Positions 1 to 11,225 of a stretch of 64,000 nucleotides of DNA are shown in pieces (position 1 is the stretch's first letter; every line of letters starts with the position of its first letter). The stretch covers positions 8,942 through 72,941 of the forward strand of contig JBCNOW010000015.1 in the NCBI GenBank assembly GCA_039593635.1. Direction: 5' to 3'. Made by a program: the position numbers and the translations under genes. The notes beneath the pieces are model-generated. The model ran no database searches. It had not been told where the DNA came from and worked only from the letters and a program-made list of their open reading frames with translations. The stretch comes from Enterobacterales bacterium. Lineage in GTDB: Bacteria > Pseudomonadota > Gammaproteobacteria > Enterobacterales > Enterobacteriaceae.

Positions 1-1285
1 TTCTCCGATGCCTTCGGCGAGGGCGGATTTTCAGCAGGCCGTTGCGCGCTATCCTGAGCGCCCGCTGTCGCTCTACGTCCATATTCCGTTCTGCCATAAG
101 CTCTGCTACTTCTGCGGCTGCAATAAAATCGTGACCCGCCAGCAGCATAAGGCCGATCAATATCTGGATGCGCTGGAACAGGAAATTCGCTCACCGCGCG
201 CCGCTGTTTGCCGGCCGTCACGTCAGCCAGCTGCACTGGGGCGGCGGTACGCCAACCTATCTGAATAAAGCGCAAATCAGCCGCCTGATGGCGCTGCTGC
301 GCGGAAATTTCGATTTCAATGACGACGCAGAAATCTCGATCGAAGTCGATCCGCGTGAAATTGAACTGGATGTGCTGGATCATTTACGCGCGGAAGGCTT
401 CAACCGCCTGAGCATGGGCGTGCAGGATTTCAACAAAGAGGTTCAGCGTCTGGTCAACCGCGAGCAGGACGAAGAGTTTATCTTCGCCTTACTCAACCAT
501 GCGCGTGACATTGGGTTTCACCTCAACCAATATCGACCTGATTTACGGCCTGCCAAAGCAGACGCCGGAGAGCTTCGCCTTTACGCTGAAGCGCGTGGTT
601 GCAGCTCAACCCGGACCGCCTCAGCGTCTTTAACTATGCGCACCTGCCGACGCTGTTTGCCGCTCAGCGCAAAATCAAAGATGCGGATCTGCCTTCTGCC
701 CAGCAGAAGCTGGATATCCTGCAGGAAACCATCACCTCGCTGACCGGAGCCGGCTATCAGTTTATCGGCATGGATCACTTTGCCCGTCCGGATGACGAGC
801 TGGCCATTGCCCAGCGCGAAGGGGTACTGCACCGCAACTTCCAGGGTTACACCACCCAGGGCGATACCGATCTGCTCGGCATGGGCGTCTCTGCCATCAG
901 CATGATTGGTGACTGCTACGCGCAGAACCAGAAAGAGCTGAAGCTCTACTACCAGCAGGTTGATGCAACCGGCAACGCGCTGTGGCGCGGCATCGCGCTG
1001 ATCCGTGACGACTGTATTCGTCGTGATGTGATTAAGGCGCTTATCTGCAACTTCCGTCTCGACTTTAGCGACGTGGAAGCACAGTGGGATCTGACATTCA
1101 GCGAATATTTTGCGGAAGACCTGAAGCTGATTGCGCCGCTGGCGAAAGACGGGCTGGTGGATGTGTCAGAAAACGCGATTGAGGTCACGCCGAAAGGGCG
1201 TCTGTTGATCCGTAATATCTGCATGTGCTTTGACGCGTATCTGCGCCAGAAGGCGCGTATGCAGCAGTTTTCACGGGTGATTTAA
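1..1285 (+). CDS. hemN: Oxygen-independent coproporphyrinogen III oxidase (5' truncated by window; two apparent frameshifts near 190 and 520-600)
   Basis: Radical SAM motif HIPFCHKLCYFCGC, HWGGGTPT and C-terminus MQQFSRVI spread over three overlapping ORFs. Confidence 0.95.
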
Positions 1286-1290
1286 GGCGC

Positions 1291-1325
1291 AAAGCCGGGT
1301 AAGGCGAAGCCGCTACCCGGCTTTT
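1291..1325. repeat. REP-like palindrome / terminator after hemN
   Basis: aaagccgggtaaggcgaagccgctacccggctttt inverted repeat. Confidence 0.6.
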
Positions 1326-1338
1326 ACATTTTAACCTG

Positions 1339-1449
1339 CTAGCTAAACAGCCCAACCAGCGCCGCACATAATACCGCAGCAACAGCGGTTTGCGGCGTGT
1401 GGCTTTCAGCTGCTCCGCTCGACAGTAAAGTCACTAATGATTCCAGCAT
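1339..1449 (-). CDS. yshB: YshB small membrane protein (36 aa)
   Basis: Read from sequence: MLESLVTLLSSGAAESHTPQTAVAAVLCAALVGLFS*, syntenic between hemN and glnG. Confidence 0.85.
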   Translation of the reverse strand: MLESLVTLLSSGAAESHTPQTAVAAVLCAALVGLFS

Positions 1450-1558
1450 GATGGTTCCCCCAATTTCCGGGCACGATCATACAAAACTCATCGGAACAGT
1501 AAAGCGCAAAATAACGGCAATTTGCGCTCAATTAATAACCTTTACACAAGCGCGGATA

Positions 1559-2971
1559 TTACTCCATTCCCAGCTCTTTCAGCTTGCGCGTCAGGGTATT
1601 GCGTCCCCATCCCAACAGGCGAGCGGCTTCCTGCTTGTGGCCCTGCGTATGACGAAGCGCGGTAGTTAACAGCGTACGCTCCATCTCAGGCTGCGCTTCA
1701 GACAGCAGGTTTTGATGACCGGAACGCAGCGCGCGGTCGGCCCACTGCGCCAGCAGCGTTGCCCAGCTGTCCGGCAGCGCGTGCCCGGTGCTGCTTTCGG
1801 GCGCGGTGGCCTCAAACAGTTCGGCAGGGAGATCCTGAATCAACACTTCCTGTCCGGCGGCCATCACGGTCAGCCAGCGGCAGGTGTTTTCCAGCTGGCG
1901 TACATTGCCCGGCCACGCCAGACGGGTGAGGGCGGCATCGGTTTCCGGGTGAAGCTGCTTGGCTTCCACGCCCAGCTCGCGGGCCGCCACCTGCAGGAAA
2001 TGACGCGCCAGGCGCGGGATATCTTCCCGACGCTCGCGCAACGGCGGCAGGTGGACGCGGATCACATTCAGGCGATGGAATAAATCCTCACGGAATTTGC
2101 CCTCCTGCACGCGCAGCTCCAGGTTCTGGTGCGTCGCGGCGATAATACGCACGTCCACCTTCACCGGCGCATAGCCGCCCACGCGGTAAAACTGCCCGTC
2201 GGCCAGCACGCGCAGCAGGCGAGTTTGAACGTCCAGCGGCATATCGCCGATCTCGTCCAGGAACAGCGTGCCGCCGTCAGCCTGCTCAAAGCGCCCCTGG
2301 CGAATGGTATTCGCGCCGGTAAACGCCCCTTTTTCGTGGCCGAACAGCTCGGACTCAATCAAATCCTTAGGGATCGCCGCCATGTTCAGGGCGATAAACG
2401 GCGCTTTTGCCCGCGGGCTGTGGCGATGTAACGCATGCGCCACCAGCTCTTTACCTGTACCCGATTCCCCGTTAATCAACACGCTGATGGACGAGCGGGA
2501 CAGACGGCCAATAATGCGAAACACGTCCTGCATCGCCGGCGCTTCGCCGATGATGTCCGTCGTTGGCCCAAAATCGGGCGCGTGGCGGGGCTGTTGCTGC
2601 TCCTGGTAGTGGCTAATCGCACGCTCAACCAGTGCCACCGCTTCGTCGATATCAAACGGTTTGGGCAGGTAATCAAACGCCCCTTGCTGATAGGCGCTCA
2701 CCGCGGCATCCAGATCGGAGTGCGCGGTCATTATGATGACCGGAAGCATCGGGTGGCGTTGTTTGATCTGCTTTAACAGCGCCAGCCCGTCCATGCCCGG
2801 CATACGAATATCCGACAGCAGAACATCCGGCGTTTTGGTGGTGAGTGCGTCGAGCACTTCGCTGCCGCTCTCAAACGTCGTGCAGCTTAATCCTGCCCCT
2901 GTGAGCGCGCGTTCAAGCACCCAACGGATGGAGCTATCGTCATCGACTACCCAGACTATCCCTCGTTGCAT
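1559..2971 (-). CDS. glnG: Nitrogen regulator NtrC
   Basis: Receiver domain, GESGTGKE, GAFTGA, C-terminal Fis-type HTH. Confidence 0.98.
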   Translation of the reverse strand: MQRGIVWVVDDDSSIRWVLERALTGAGLSCTTFESGSEVLDALTTKTPDVLLSDIRMPGMDGLALLKQIKQRHPMLPVIIMTAHSDLDAAVSAYQQGAFDYLPKPFDIDEAVALVERAISHYQEQQQPRHAPDFGPTTDIIGEAPAMQDVFRIIGRLSRSSISVLINGESGTGKELVAHALHRHSPRAKAPFIALNMAAIPKDLIESELFGHEKGAFTGANTIRQGRFEQADGGTLFLDEIGDMPLDVQTRLLRVLADGQFYRVGGYAPVKVDVRIIAATHQNLELRVQEGKFREDLFHRLNVIRVHLPPLRERREDIPRLARHFLQVAARELGVEAKQLHPETDAALTRLAWPGNVRQLENTCRWLTVMAAGQEVLIQDLPAELFEATAPESSTGHALPDSWATLLAQWADRALRSGHQNLLSEAQPEMERTLLTTALRHTQGHKQEAARLLGWGRNTLTRKLKELGME

Positions 2972-2982
2972 AAACGTCACCT

Positions 2983-4033
2983 TTATTTTTTAATCGGCAG
3001 GAAAACCGAAAACTCGGTATGTCCCGGCCAACTGGTAAATTCAATTTTTCCAGAGTGTTGATCGATCAAACTGCGGGCGATAGATAATCCCAGCCCGGTA
3101 CCGCCTTCGCGCCCGCTGACCATCGGGTAGAACAGGGTGTCCTGCAGATGCGACGGAATACCGGGCCCGTTATCCTCAACGTCGATACGGGCCGCCAGCC
3201 GATAGCGCACGCCGTGCAGCGTGAGCTGGAAGGCGGTACGGGTACGTAAAATAATCTCGCCGCCTTCCGGCCCCAGCGCCTGCAGGGCATTGCGCACAAT
3301 ATTCAGCAGGACCTGCTCAATCTGGTCCGGGTCGTGCGCCAGTTCCGGCAGGCTGGGGTCGTAATCACGCACCAGCGTGACGTTCTCCGGCAGCTCCATC
3401 GACACGAGCTTCACCACCCGTTCAGCCACTTTATGGATGCTTTCGGTAACGTGCATTCCGGGCTGCTGCGGCCCAAGAAGACGATCAACCAGGTTACGCA
3501 GGCGGTCGGCCTGCTCAATGATGACGTTGGTGTACTCCGCCAGCGCAGGGTCGGGCAGCGCTTTGGTTAAGCAGCTGCGCCGCGCCGCGTAACCCGCCCA
3601 GCGGGTTTTTGATTTCATGCGCCAGACCTCGCACCAGATCACGGGCGGCAATTTGCTGCGCATGCTGAAGCTGTTCCTGGCTCAGGCGGCGCTGATTATC
3701 CATCGGCGCCATTTCCAGCAGGATCAATCCTTCGGGAAGACGTTGCGCGGTAAGCGACAGAATGTGCGAGCGCCCGTCGATCACCAGCGTCACTTCGTTA
3801 TCGGTAAACCCCTGGCCGGCCTGCAAGCTTTCCTGCATCAGGCCAATATTCAGCGAAAAATAGCTCAACAACTCAGGAAGCGGGGTGCCAAACAGTTTGC
3901 GTGAACTCTGGGCGAGCAGCTGTTGCGCCGCCGGGTTGGCGTAATGGACGGCCAGCTCGTCGTCGACCAGCAATATACTGTTAATTAAAGAATTGAGGAT
4001 CTGCCCAGCATCGGGCAGCGTGCCAGTTGCCAT
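2983..4033 (-). CDS. glnL: Sensor kinase NtrB (apparent frameshift near 3570)
   Basis: [27 protein letters not shown] and GTGLGL split over two ORFs. Confidence 0.95.
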
Positions 4034-4055
4034 TCAGCAGTCTCCTGGAGTTGGT

Positions 4056-4072
4056 TGCACTAATTTAGTGCA
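4056..4072. promoter_or_regulatory. NtrC binding site at glnLp
   Basis: tgcactaatttagtgca matches TGCAC-N7-GTGCA just upstream of glnL. Confidence 0.85.
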
Positions 4073-4122
4073 GTATAGCTTTTTCGTCGTAAAAAGCGCG
4101 TGAGATCAGGTTGTTGGTGGAG

Positions 4123-4217
4123 AAAAAAGCCCATCCGGAGATGGGCTGAAAGTTTCCACGGCAACAAAAAAAGCTTTCGGGGCCGCGCCTGAAGAGTGGC
4201 GCGAAACCCGTTGTAAC
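4123..4217 (-). ncRNA. glnZ: GlnZ-like sRNA from the glnA 3' UTR, ending in the glnA terminator
   Basis: Minus strand ttgccgtggaaactttc motif followed by hairpin agcccatc...gatgggct plus U-tract; boundaries approximate. Confidence 0.6.
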
Positions 4218-5627
4218 TTAAACGCTGTAGTACAGTTCGAATTCAACCGGATGCGGAGTCATGCGCACGCGGTCGTTCTCTTCAGTACGCAGGGCGATGT
4301 AGGCATCGATAGCGTCATCAGTGAATACGCCACCCGCAGTCAGGAACTCGCGGTCTGCGTCCAGCGCCTGCAGGGCTTCTTCCAGAGAACCCGCAACCTG
4401 TGGGATCTCTTTCGCTTCTTCTGGCGGCAGGTCGTACAGGTTTTTGTCCATCGCTTCGCCCGGGTGGATCTTGTTCTTGATACCGTCCAGACCGGCCATC
4501 AGCAGTGCTGCGAAGCACAGGTATGGGTTAGCCGCTGGATCCGGGAAGCGCACTTCGATACGACGCGCTTTAGGAGAAGCCACCACCGGGATACGGATAG
4601 AAGCAGAACGGTTACGTGCAGAGTAAGCCAGCATAACAGGTGCTTCGTAGCCTGGGACCAGACGCTTGTAAGAGTTGGTGGTTGGGTTCGCCAGGGCGTT
4701 GATCGCTTTAGCGTGTTTGATTACGCCGCCAATGTAGTACAGCGCCTGCTCAGACAGACCTGCATATTTGTCACCAGAGAACAGGTTGGTACCGTTCTTG
4801 GACAGGGACATGTGGCAGTGCATACCGGAACCGTTGTCGCCAAACATTGGTTTCGGCATGAAGGTCGCGGTTTTACCGAAGCGGTGCGCAACGTTGTGCA
4901 CAACGTATTTGTAGATCTGAATTTCGTCCGCTTTTTTGGTCATGGTGTTGAAGCGGGTTGCCACTTCGTTCTGACCAGCAGTCGCTACTTCGTGGTGGTG
5001 CGCTTCAACAACCAGGCCCATCTCTTCCATCACCAGACACATGGTGGAACGGATGTCCTGTGCAGAGTCGACCGGAGGAACAGGGAAGTAACCGCCTTTC
5101 ACACCAGGACGGTGACCTTTGTTACCACCTTCGTATTTGGTGGAAGAGTTCCATGCGCCTTCGATGTCGTCGATAGCCACGTGGGAGCCAGAAATAGAGG
5201 CACCGAAGCGGATGTCGTCGAACAGGAAGAACTCTGGCTCTGGCCCGAACAGAACGGTGTCTGCGATGCCGGTAGAACGCAGGTACTCTTCAGCGCGTTT
5301 AGCGATGGAGCGCGGGTCGCGGTCGTAGCCCTGCAGCGTGCCTGGCTCGAGGATGTCGCAGCGGATGATCAGGGTTGGTTCTTCGAAGAACGGATCAATG
5401 ACCGCGGTGGTCGCGTCCGGCATCAGAACCATGTCGGATTCGTTAATGCCTTTCCAGCCACCAATGGAGGAGCCGTCAAACATTTTGCCTTCTTCAAAGA
5501 ATTCGGCGTTCACCTGATGAGCAGGGATTGTGACGTGCTGTTCTTTACCTTTGGTATCGGTGAAGCGCAGATCAACAAACTTCACTTCATGTTCGTTCAG
5601 CATCGTCAAAACGTGTTCAGCGGACAT
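4218..5627 (-). CDS. glnA: Glutamine synthetase type I
   Basis: [24 protein letters not shown]...[11 protein letters not shown], 469 aa. Confidence 0.99.
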   Translation of the reverse strand: MSAEHVLTMLNEHEVKFVDLRFTDTKGKEQHVTIPAHQVNAEFFEEGKMFDGSSIGGWKGINESDMVLMPDATTAVIDPFFEEPTLIIRCDILEPGTLQGYDRDPRSIAKRAEEYLRSTGIADTVLFGPEPEFFLFDDIRFGASISGSHVAIDDIEGAWNSSTKYEGGNKGHRPGVKGGYFPVPPVDSAQDIRSTMCLVMEEMGLVVEAHHHEVATAGQNEVATRFNTMTKKADEIQIYKYVVHNVAHRFGKTATFMPKPMFGDNGSGMHCHMSLSKNGTNLFSGDKYAGLSEQALYYIGGVIKHAKAINALANPTTNSYKRLVPGYEAPVMLAYSARNRSASIRIPVVASPKARRIEVRFPDPAANPYLCFAALLMAGLDGIKNKIHPGEAMDKNLYDLPPEEAKEIPQVAGSLEEALQALDADREFLTAGGVFTDDAIDAYIALRTEENDRVRMTPHPVEFELYYSV

Positions 5628-5773
5628 ACTTAACTCTCCCGGATTGGTCATTGTCGTCGTGGTAACGAGGAACTTCTGTTGCCGGGAATGTGTCACGACT
5701 ACTGCCTGCCGTCTCGGCGAGGTCTTCAAATATCTGTTGTTGCCACTGTCGTAGTTTCGCTTAAAATATATAA

Positions 5774-5790
5774 AGCGAAATCTGTGCCAA
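5774..5790 (-). promoter_or_regulatory. Sigma54 promoter glnAp2
   Basis: Minus strand ttggcacagatttcgct (-24 GG / -12 GC). Confidence 0.9.
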
Positions 5791-5862
5791 CTTTTAAAAC
5801 ACCCCAAAAAGGCGTTATCATGCGCACCATAGTGCAAAAGGGCTGCACCATGATGGATTTGT

Positions 5863-5911
5863 TGCACCAGTATAGTGCTTCATTGTGAACGTTGAGCACC
5901 ATATTGGTGCA
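5863..5911. promoter_or_regulatory. NtrC enhancer sites of glnAp2
   Basis: tgcaccagtatagtgct (5863) and agcaccatattggtgca (5895); CRP-like cgtga-N6-tcaca nearby at 5941. Confidence 0.85.
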
Positions 5912-6064
5912 ATTTACGTTAAAGTGCCCTTTTACCGCTCCGTGAAAGCGATCACAAAGCATCTCTGCAATACTTGTTTGCGGGGGATGTTTGTGATCCT
6001 GTTTTGTAGTGCGATTAATCCGTGTACAATAACGCGCTATTTCTATAATGCCTGAGGCAAAGTT

Positions 6065-7888
6065 GTGATCGAAAATTTGCGTAACATCGCCATCATCGCG
6101 CACGTTGACCATGGTAAAACTACCCTGGTTGACAAGCTGCTGCAGCAATCCGGTACGTTTGATGCACGTGCCGAAGCGGACTCAGAGCGCGTGATGGACT
6201 CCAACGATTTGGAGAAAGAGCGTGGGATTACCATCCTCGCGAAAAACACCGCGATCAAATGGAATGACTACCGTATCAACATCGTTGATACCCCAGGGCA
6301 CGCCGACTTCGGTGGTGAAGTTGAACGTGTAATGTCCATGGTAGACTCCGTTCTGCTGGTCGTTGACGCAATGGATGGCCCAATGCCACAGACGCGCTTC
6401 GTGACCAAAAAAGCTTTTGCCCATGGTCTGAAGCCAATCGTTGTTATCAACAAAGTTGACCGCCCTGGCGCGCGTCCTGACTGGGTTGTTGACCAGGTCT
6501 TCGACCTGTTCGTTAACCTCGACGCGACCGACGAGCAGCTGGACTTCCCTATCGTTTACGCTTCTGCGCTGAACGGTATTGCAGGTCTGGACCACGAAGA
6601 CATGGCCGAAGACATGACCCCGCTGTACCAGGCGATTGTTGACCGTGTTCCTGCACCAAACGTTGATCTCGACGGCACCCTGCAGATGCAGATCTCTCAG
6701 CTCGACTACAACAACTACGTTGGCGTAATCGGCATTGGTCGTATCAAGCGCGGTAAAGTGAAGCCTAACCAGCAGGTTACTATCATCGATAGCGAAGGCA
6801 AAACCCGTAACGGTAAAGTCGGTAAAGTACTGACCCACCTGGGTCTGGAGCGTATCGACAGCGACATCGCTGAAGCGGGCGACATCATCGCGATCACCGG
6901 TCTGGGCGAACTGAACATCTCCGACACCATCTGCGACCCGCAGAACGTGGAAGCGCTGCCGGCCCTGTCCGTTGATGAACCAACCGTAACCATGTTCTTC
7001 AACGTCAACACCTCTCCGTTCTGTGGTAAAGAAGGTAAGTTCGTTACCTCTCGTCAGATCCTTGACCGCCTGAACAAAGAGCTGGTGCACAACGTTGCGC
7101 TGCGCGTTGAAGAAACCGAAGACGCTGATGCATTCCGCGTTTCCGGTCGTGGTGAGCTGCACCTGTCTGTTCTGATCGAAAACATGCGTCGTGAAGGTTT
7201 CGAGATGGCGGTTTCCCGTCCGAAAGTTATCTTCCGCGAAATCGACGGCCGTAAACAGGAGCCGTTCGAAAACGTGACGCTGGACGTTGAAGAGCAGCAC
7301 CAGGGTTCTGTGATGCAGGCGCTGGGCGAGCGTAAAGGCGACCTGAAAAACATGAATCCAGATGGCAAAGGCCGCGTACGTCTCGACTACGTGATCCCAA
7401 GCCGTGGCCTGATCGGCTTCCGTTCTGAGTTCATGACCATGACCTCCGGTACCGGTCTGCTGTACTCCACCTTCAGCCACTACGACGACGTTCGTCCGGG
7501 CGAAGTGGGCCAGCGTAACAACGGCGTACTGATCTCCAACGGTCAGGGTAAAGCGGTTGCGTTCGCGCTGTTCGGCCTGCAGGATCGCGGTAAGCTGTTC
7601 CTGGGTCACGGTGCGGAAGTTTATGAAGGCCAGATCATCGGTATTCACAGCCGTTCTAACGACCTGACCGTAAACTGCCTGACCGGTAAGAAACTGACCA
7701 ACATGCGTGCGTCCGGTACTGACGAAGCAACGGTTCTGGTTCCACCGATTAAGATGACCCTGGAGCAGGCTCTGGAGTTCATCGATGACGACGAACTGGT
7801 AGAAGTGACGCCGCAGTCAATCCGTATCCGTAAACGTCACCTGACCGAGAACGATCGTAAACGCGCAATGCGCGGCAGCAAAGAGTAA
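6065..7888 (+). CDS. typA: Ribosome-dependent GTPase TypA/BipA
   Basis: [24 protein letters not shown]; 607 aa. Confidence 0.98.
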   Translation: MIENLRNIAIIAHVDHGKTTLVDKLLQQSGTFDARAEADSERVMDSNDLEKERGITILAKNTAIKWNDYRINIVDTPGHADFGGEVERVMSMVDSVLLVVDAMDGPMPQTRFVTKKAFAHGLKPIVVINKVDRPGARPDWVVDQVFDLFVNLDATDEQLDFPIVYASALNGIAGLDHEDMAEDMTPLYQAIVDRVPAPNVDLDGTLQMQISQLDYNNYVGVIGIGRIKRGKVKPNQQVTIIDSEGKTRNGKVGKVLTHLGLERIDSDIAEAGDIIAITGLGELNISDTICDPQNVEALPALSVDEPTVTMFFNVNTSPFCGKEGKFVTSRQILDRLNKELVHNVALRVEETEDADAFRVSGRGELHLSVLIENMRREGFEMAVSRPKVIFREIDGRKQEPFENVTLDVEEQHQGSVMQALGERKGDLKNMNPDGKGRVRLDYVIPSRGLIGFRSEFMTMTSGTGLLYSTFSHYDDVRPGEVGQRNNGVLISNGQGKAVAFALFGLQDRGKLFLGHGAEVYEGQIIGIHSRSNDLTVNCLTGKKLTNMRASGTDEATVLVPPIKMTLEQALEFIDDDELVEVTPQSIRIRKRHLTENDRKRAMRGSKE

Positions 7889-8085
7889 GCGAAATTTCTC
7901 CTCTTTTTGATCAATGAGCCCCGGATATCCTTCGCGGGGCTTTTTTTTTGCCTGCCGTCTGAGGCAGCGCGACCCGCACGAAATCAGACCCCGCTTGCGG
8001 AATGCGGATTTCCCCTAAGCGTACCTGTTCAGGCTTGCCTTTTACCGCTACAGTTAATTCTCCACGGCTGGCAAGGAGAGGTGAC

Positions 8086-8694
8086 ATGCTCTATATCTTT
8101 GATTTAGGTAATGTGATTGTCGATATCGATTTCAATCGGGTGCTGGGCGCCTGGAGCGATTTCAGCCGTGTGCCGCTGGCGACGTTAAAACAGAGTTTCA
8201 CCATGGGCGAGACTTTCCATCAGCATGAGCGGGGAGAGATCAGCGACGAGGATTTTGCCAAAGCGCTGTGTGAAGAGATGGAAATGCCGCTGAGCTACGA
8301 GCAGTTCTCCGCCGGCTGGCAGGCGGTGTTTGTCGCTCTGCGTAGCGATGTTATCGACATCATGCACAAGTTGCGCGCGCAGGGGCATCGCGTGGTGGTT
8401 CTGTCGAATACCAACCGCCTGCATACCACTTACTGGCCGAACGCAGTATCCGGAAGTGCAGCAGGCTGCTGACCATATCTATCTTTCCCAGGAAATGGGG
8501 ATGCGTAAACCCGAAGCGCGCATTTATCAGCAAGTATTATCACTTGAAGGCTTTTCTGCCGACGATGCCATCTTTTTCGATGACAATGCTGACAATATTG
8601 ATGCGGCGCAGCGCAGCTGGGTATTGCCAGCATTCTGGTGACCGAAGGGGCGAAAACGACGATCCCCGACTATTTTGCGAAGCAGTTATGCTGA
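8086..8694 (+). CDS. yihX: HAD-family glucose-1-phosphatase (frameshifted)
   Basis: MLYIFDLGNVIVDID, LSNTN, RKPE, FFDD; synteny. Confidence 0.88.
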
Positions 8695-8730
8695 CGTTGA
8701 CCATGCGAACTCATCTGCGCCACTCGGCGC

Positions 8731-9580
8731 ATGCGTATTGTGGTCCTGTGGTTAAAACTGCTCTGGCACCGCATTGATGAAGACAACATGACCACGCTGG
8801 CGGGTAATCTCGCCTACGTGTCGTTGCTCTCGCTGGTGCCGCTGATCGCCGTGATATTCGCGCTGTTTGCCGCCTTTCCGATGTTTTCGGACATCAGCAT
8901 GCAGCTGAGGCATTTTGTCTTTGCCAATTTTATCCCGGCAACCGGGGATGTCATTCAGAACTATATTGAGCAGTTTGTGGCCAACTCCAGCAAAATGACG
9001 GCTGTGGGGGCGTGCGGGCTGATCGTCACCGCGCTGCTGCTGATGTACTCCATCGACAGGGCGCTGAACACTATCTGGCGCAGCAAGCCGGTTCGCCCGC
9101 ATGGTTTACTCCTTTGCGGTGTACTGGATGATCCTCACGCTGGGGCCGCTGCTGGCAGGTGCCAGCCTGGCCATCAGCTCCTATCTGCTGTCGCTGCGCT
9201 GGGCGAGTGACCGGCGTCACCAGCCTGATTGATGATGTGCTGCGGATTTTCCCGCTGATTTTATCGTGGCTCTCTTTCTGGCTGCTTTACAGCATTGTGC
9301 CGACGACGCGCGTGCCGAACCGCGATGCGGTGATCGGGGCGCTGGTCGCGGCACTGCTGTTCGAGCTGGGCAAGAAAGGGTTTGCCCTCTATATCACCAT
9401 GTTCCCTTCCTATCAGCTGATTTATGGCGTGCTGGCGGTGATCCCCATTTTGTTTCTCTGGGTTTACTGGACCTGGTGTATCGTCTTGCTAGGTGCCGAA
9501 ATAACTGTCACTCTCGGTGAATACCGCGAACTTAAAAAAGCAGCAAAGCTGAAAAAGAAGCAGACCAACCATGATTGCAT
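8731..9580 (+). CDS. yihY: YihY/BrkB family membrane protein (frameshifted; ends approximate)
   Basis: [18 protein letters not shown] and [12 protein letters not shown]...LLGAEI in two frames. Confidence 0.88.
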
Positions 9581-10010
9581 TGATCCAGCGCGTTACCCGC
9601 GCCAGCGTCAGCGTGGAGGGCGAGGTGACGGGCGAAATTGGCCCGGGACTTTTGGTGTTGTTAGGGGTCGAAAAGGATGACGACGAACAAAAAGCGAACC
9701 GCCTGTGCGAGCGAGTGCTGGGCTACCGCATTTTTAGCGATGCTGAAGGACAAAATGAATCTGAACGTCCAGCAGGCAGGCGGGAGCGTGCTGGTGGTTT
9801 CGCAATTTACGCTGGCGGCGGACACTGAACGCGGCATGCGTCCCTGGGTTTCTCAGTGGCGGCGCGCCGGCGGAAGCGGAAGCGCTGTATAACTACTTTG
9901 TCGAACGTTGCCGCAGCCAGCAGATGGAAACGCAAACCGGGCGATTCGCTGCCGATATGCAGGTTTCGCTGGTCAACGATGGTCCTGTCACATTCTGGTT
10001 GCAGGTATGA
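9571..10010 (+). CDS. dtd: D-aminoacyl-tRNA deacylase (frameshifted)
   Basis: [26 protein letters not shown]. Confidence 0.92.
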
Positions 10011-11021
10011 GCCAGTTTCAGCCGAGCGGCCCAGGGATCAGCCACGCAAGCTCCGAACGAGAGAACACCGCTATGTATCACCTTCGCGTACCGCAAACGG
10101 AAGAAGAGTTAGAGGGGTATTACCAGTTCCGCTGGGAAATGCTGCGCAAGCCCCTGCATCAGCCAAAAGGTTCCGAACGCGATGCCTGGGATGCCATGGC
10201 GCATCACCAGATGGTGGTGGATGAAGAGGGCAACCTGGTGGCGGTCGGCCGGCTGTATATCAACGCCGACAATGAAGCCTCAATTCGTTTTATGGCGGTG
10301 CACCCTTCCGTGCAGGATAAAGGGCTGGGCACGCTGATGGCGATGACGCTGGAGTCCGTTGCCCGTCAGGAAGGGGTCAAGCGCGTGACCTGTAGCGCCC
10401 GCGAAGATGCCGTAGAGTTCTTTGCCAAGCTCGGTTTTGTTAATCAGGGCGAAATTACCGCCCCGCAAACCACGCCGGTGCGCCACTTTTTGATGATCAA
10501 ACCCGTGGCCACGCTGGATGATATTCTGCATCGCGCCGACTGGTGCGGACAGCTGCAGCAGGCCTGGTACGAGCACATCCCGCTGAGCGAAAAGATGGGC
10601 GTGCGTATTCAGCAGTACACCGGGCAGAAATTTATTACCACCATGCCGGAAACCGGCAACCAGAACCCGCACCACACGCTGTTTGCCGGCAGCCTGTTTT
10701 CGCTGGCCACGCTCACCGGCTGGGGGTTGATCTGGCTGATGCTGCGCGAACGACATCTTGGCGGCACCATTATTCTGGCCGATGCACATATTCGCTACAG
10801 CACACCCATCAGCGGGCAAGCCCAGCGCCATTGCCGATCTCGGTTCGCTGAGCGGCGATCTCGACCGCCTGGCGCGCGGGCGAAAAGCGCGCGTACAGAT
10901 GCAGGTTGAGCTGTTTGGCGATGATAAGCTGGGCGCGGTGTTTGAAGGTGTCTACATCGTGTTACCCGCCGATCCCGACGGACCGCTGGAAGAGGGCGGT
11001 TCAGGCGCGCGTATTAATTAA
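10007..11021 (+). CDS. fabY: YiiD/FabY GNAT + hotdog protein (frameshift near 10818)
   Basis: [34 protein letters not shown]; synteny after dtd. Confidence 0.9.
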
Positions 11022-11114
11022 CCACGCAGCGCGCAAAAAACCACAGGGTCACTCTGCATGGCGTAATGTTTGCCAGCTAAGATTCAAATGCATGCAACAA
11101 CAGTTGCATTTTTG

Positions 11115-11154
11115 GTAGCGGCGCAATTTATTGCGCGATAAATCGCGCCGCTAC
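11115..11154. repeat. REP-like palindrome
   Basis: gtagcggcgcaatttattgcgcgataaatcgcgccgctac near-perfect inverted repeat between convergent genes. Confidence 0.6.
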
Positions 11155-11225
11155 AAATATTGTGCGATTTGTGATGGCCTGACGCGCCCGCATCGCGCTT
11201 TTCAGCGCGATCGGTCATGCAATCA

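Noticed and set aside
4251-7648. Long antisense ORFs opposite glnA (460 aa) and typA (488 aa)
   Set aside because: Shadow ORFs caused by codon bias of highly expressed genes; no recognisable motifs
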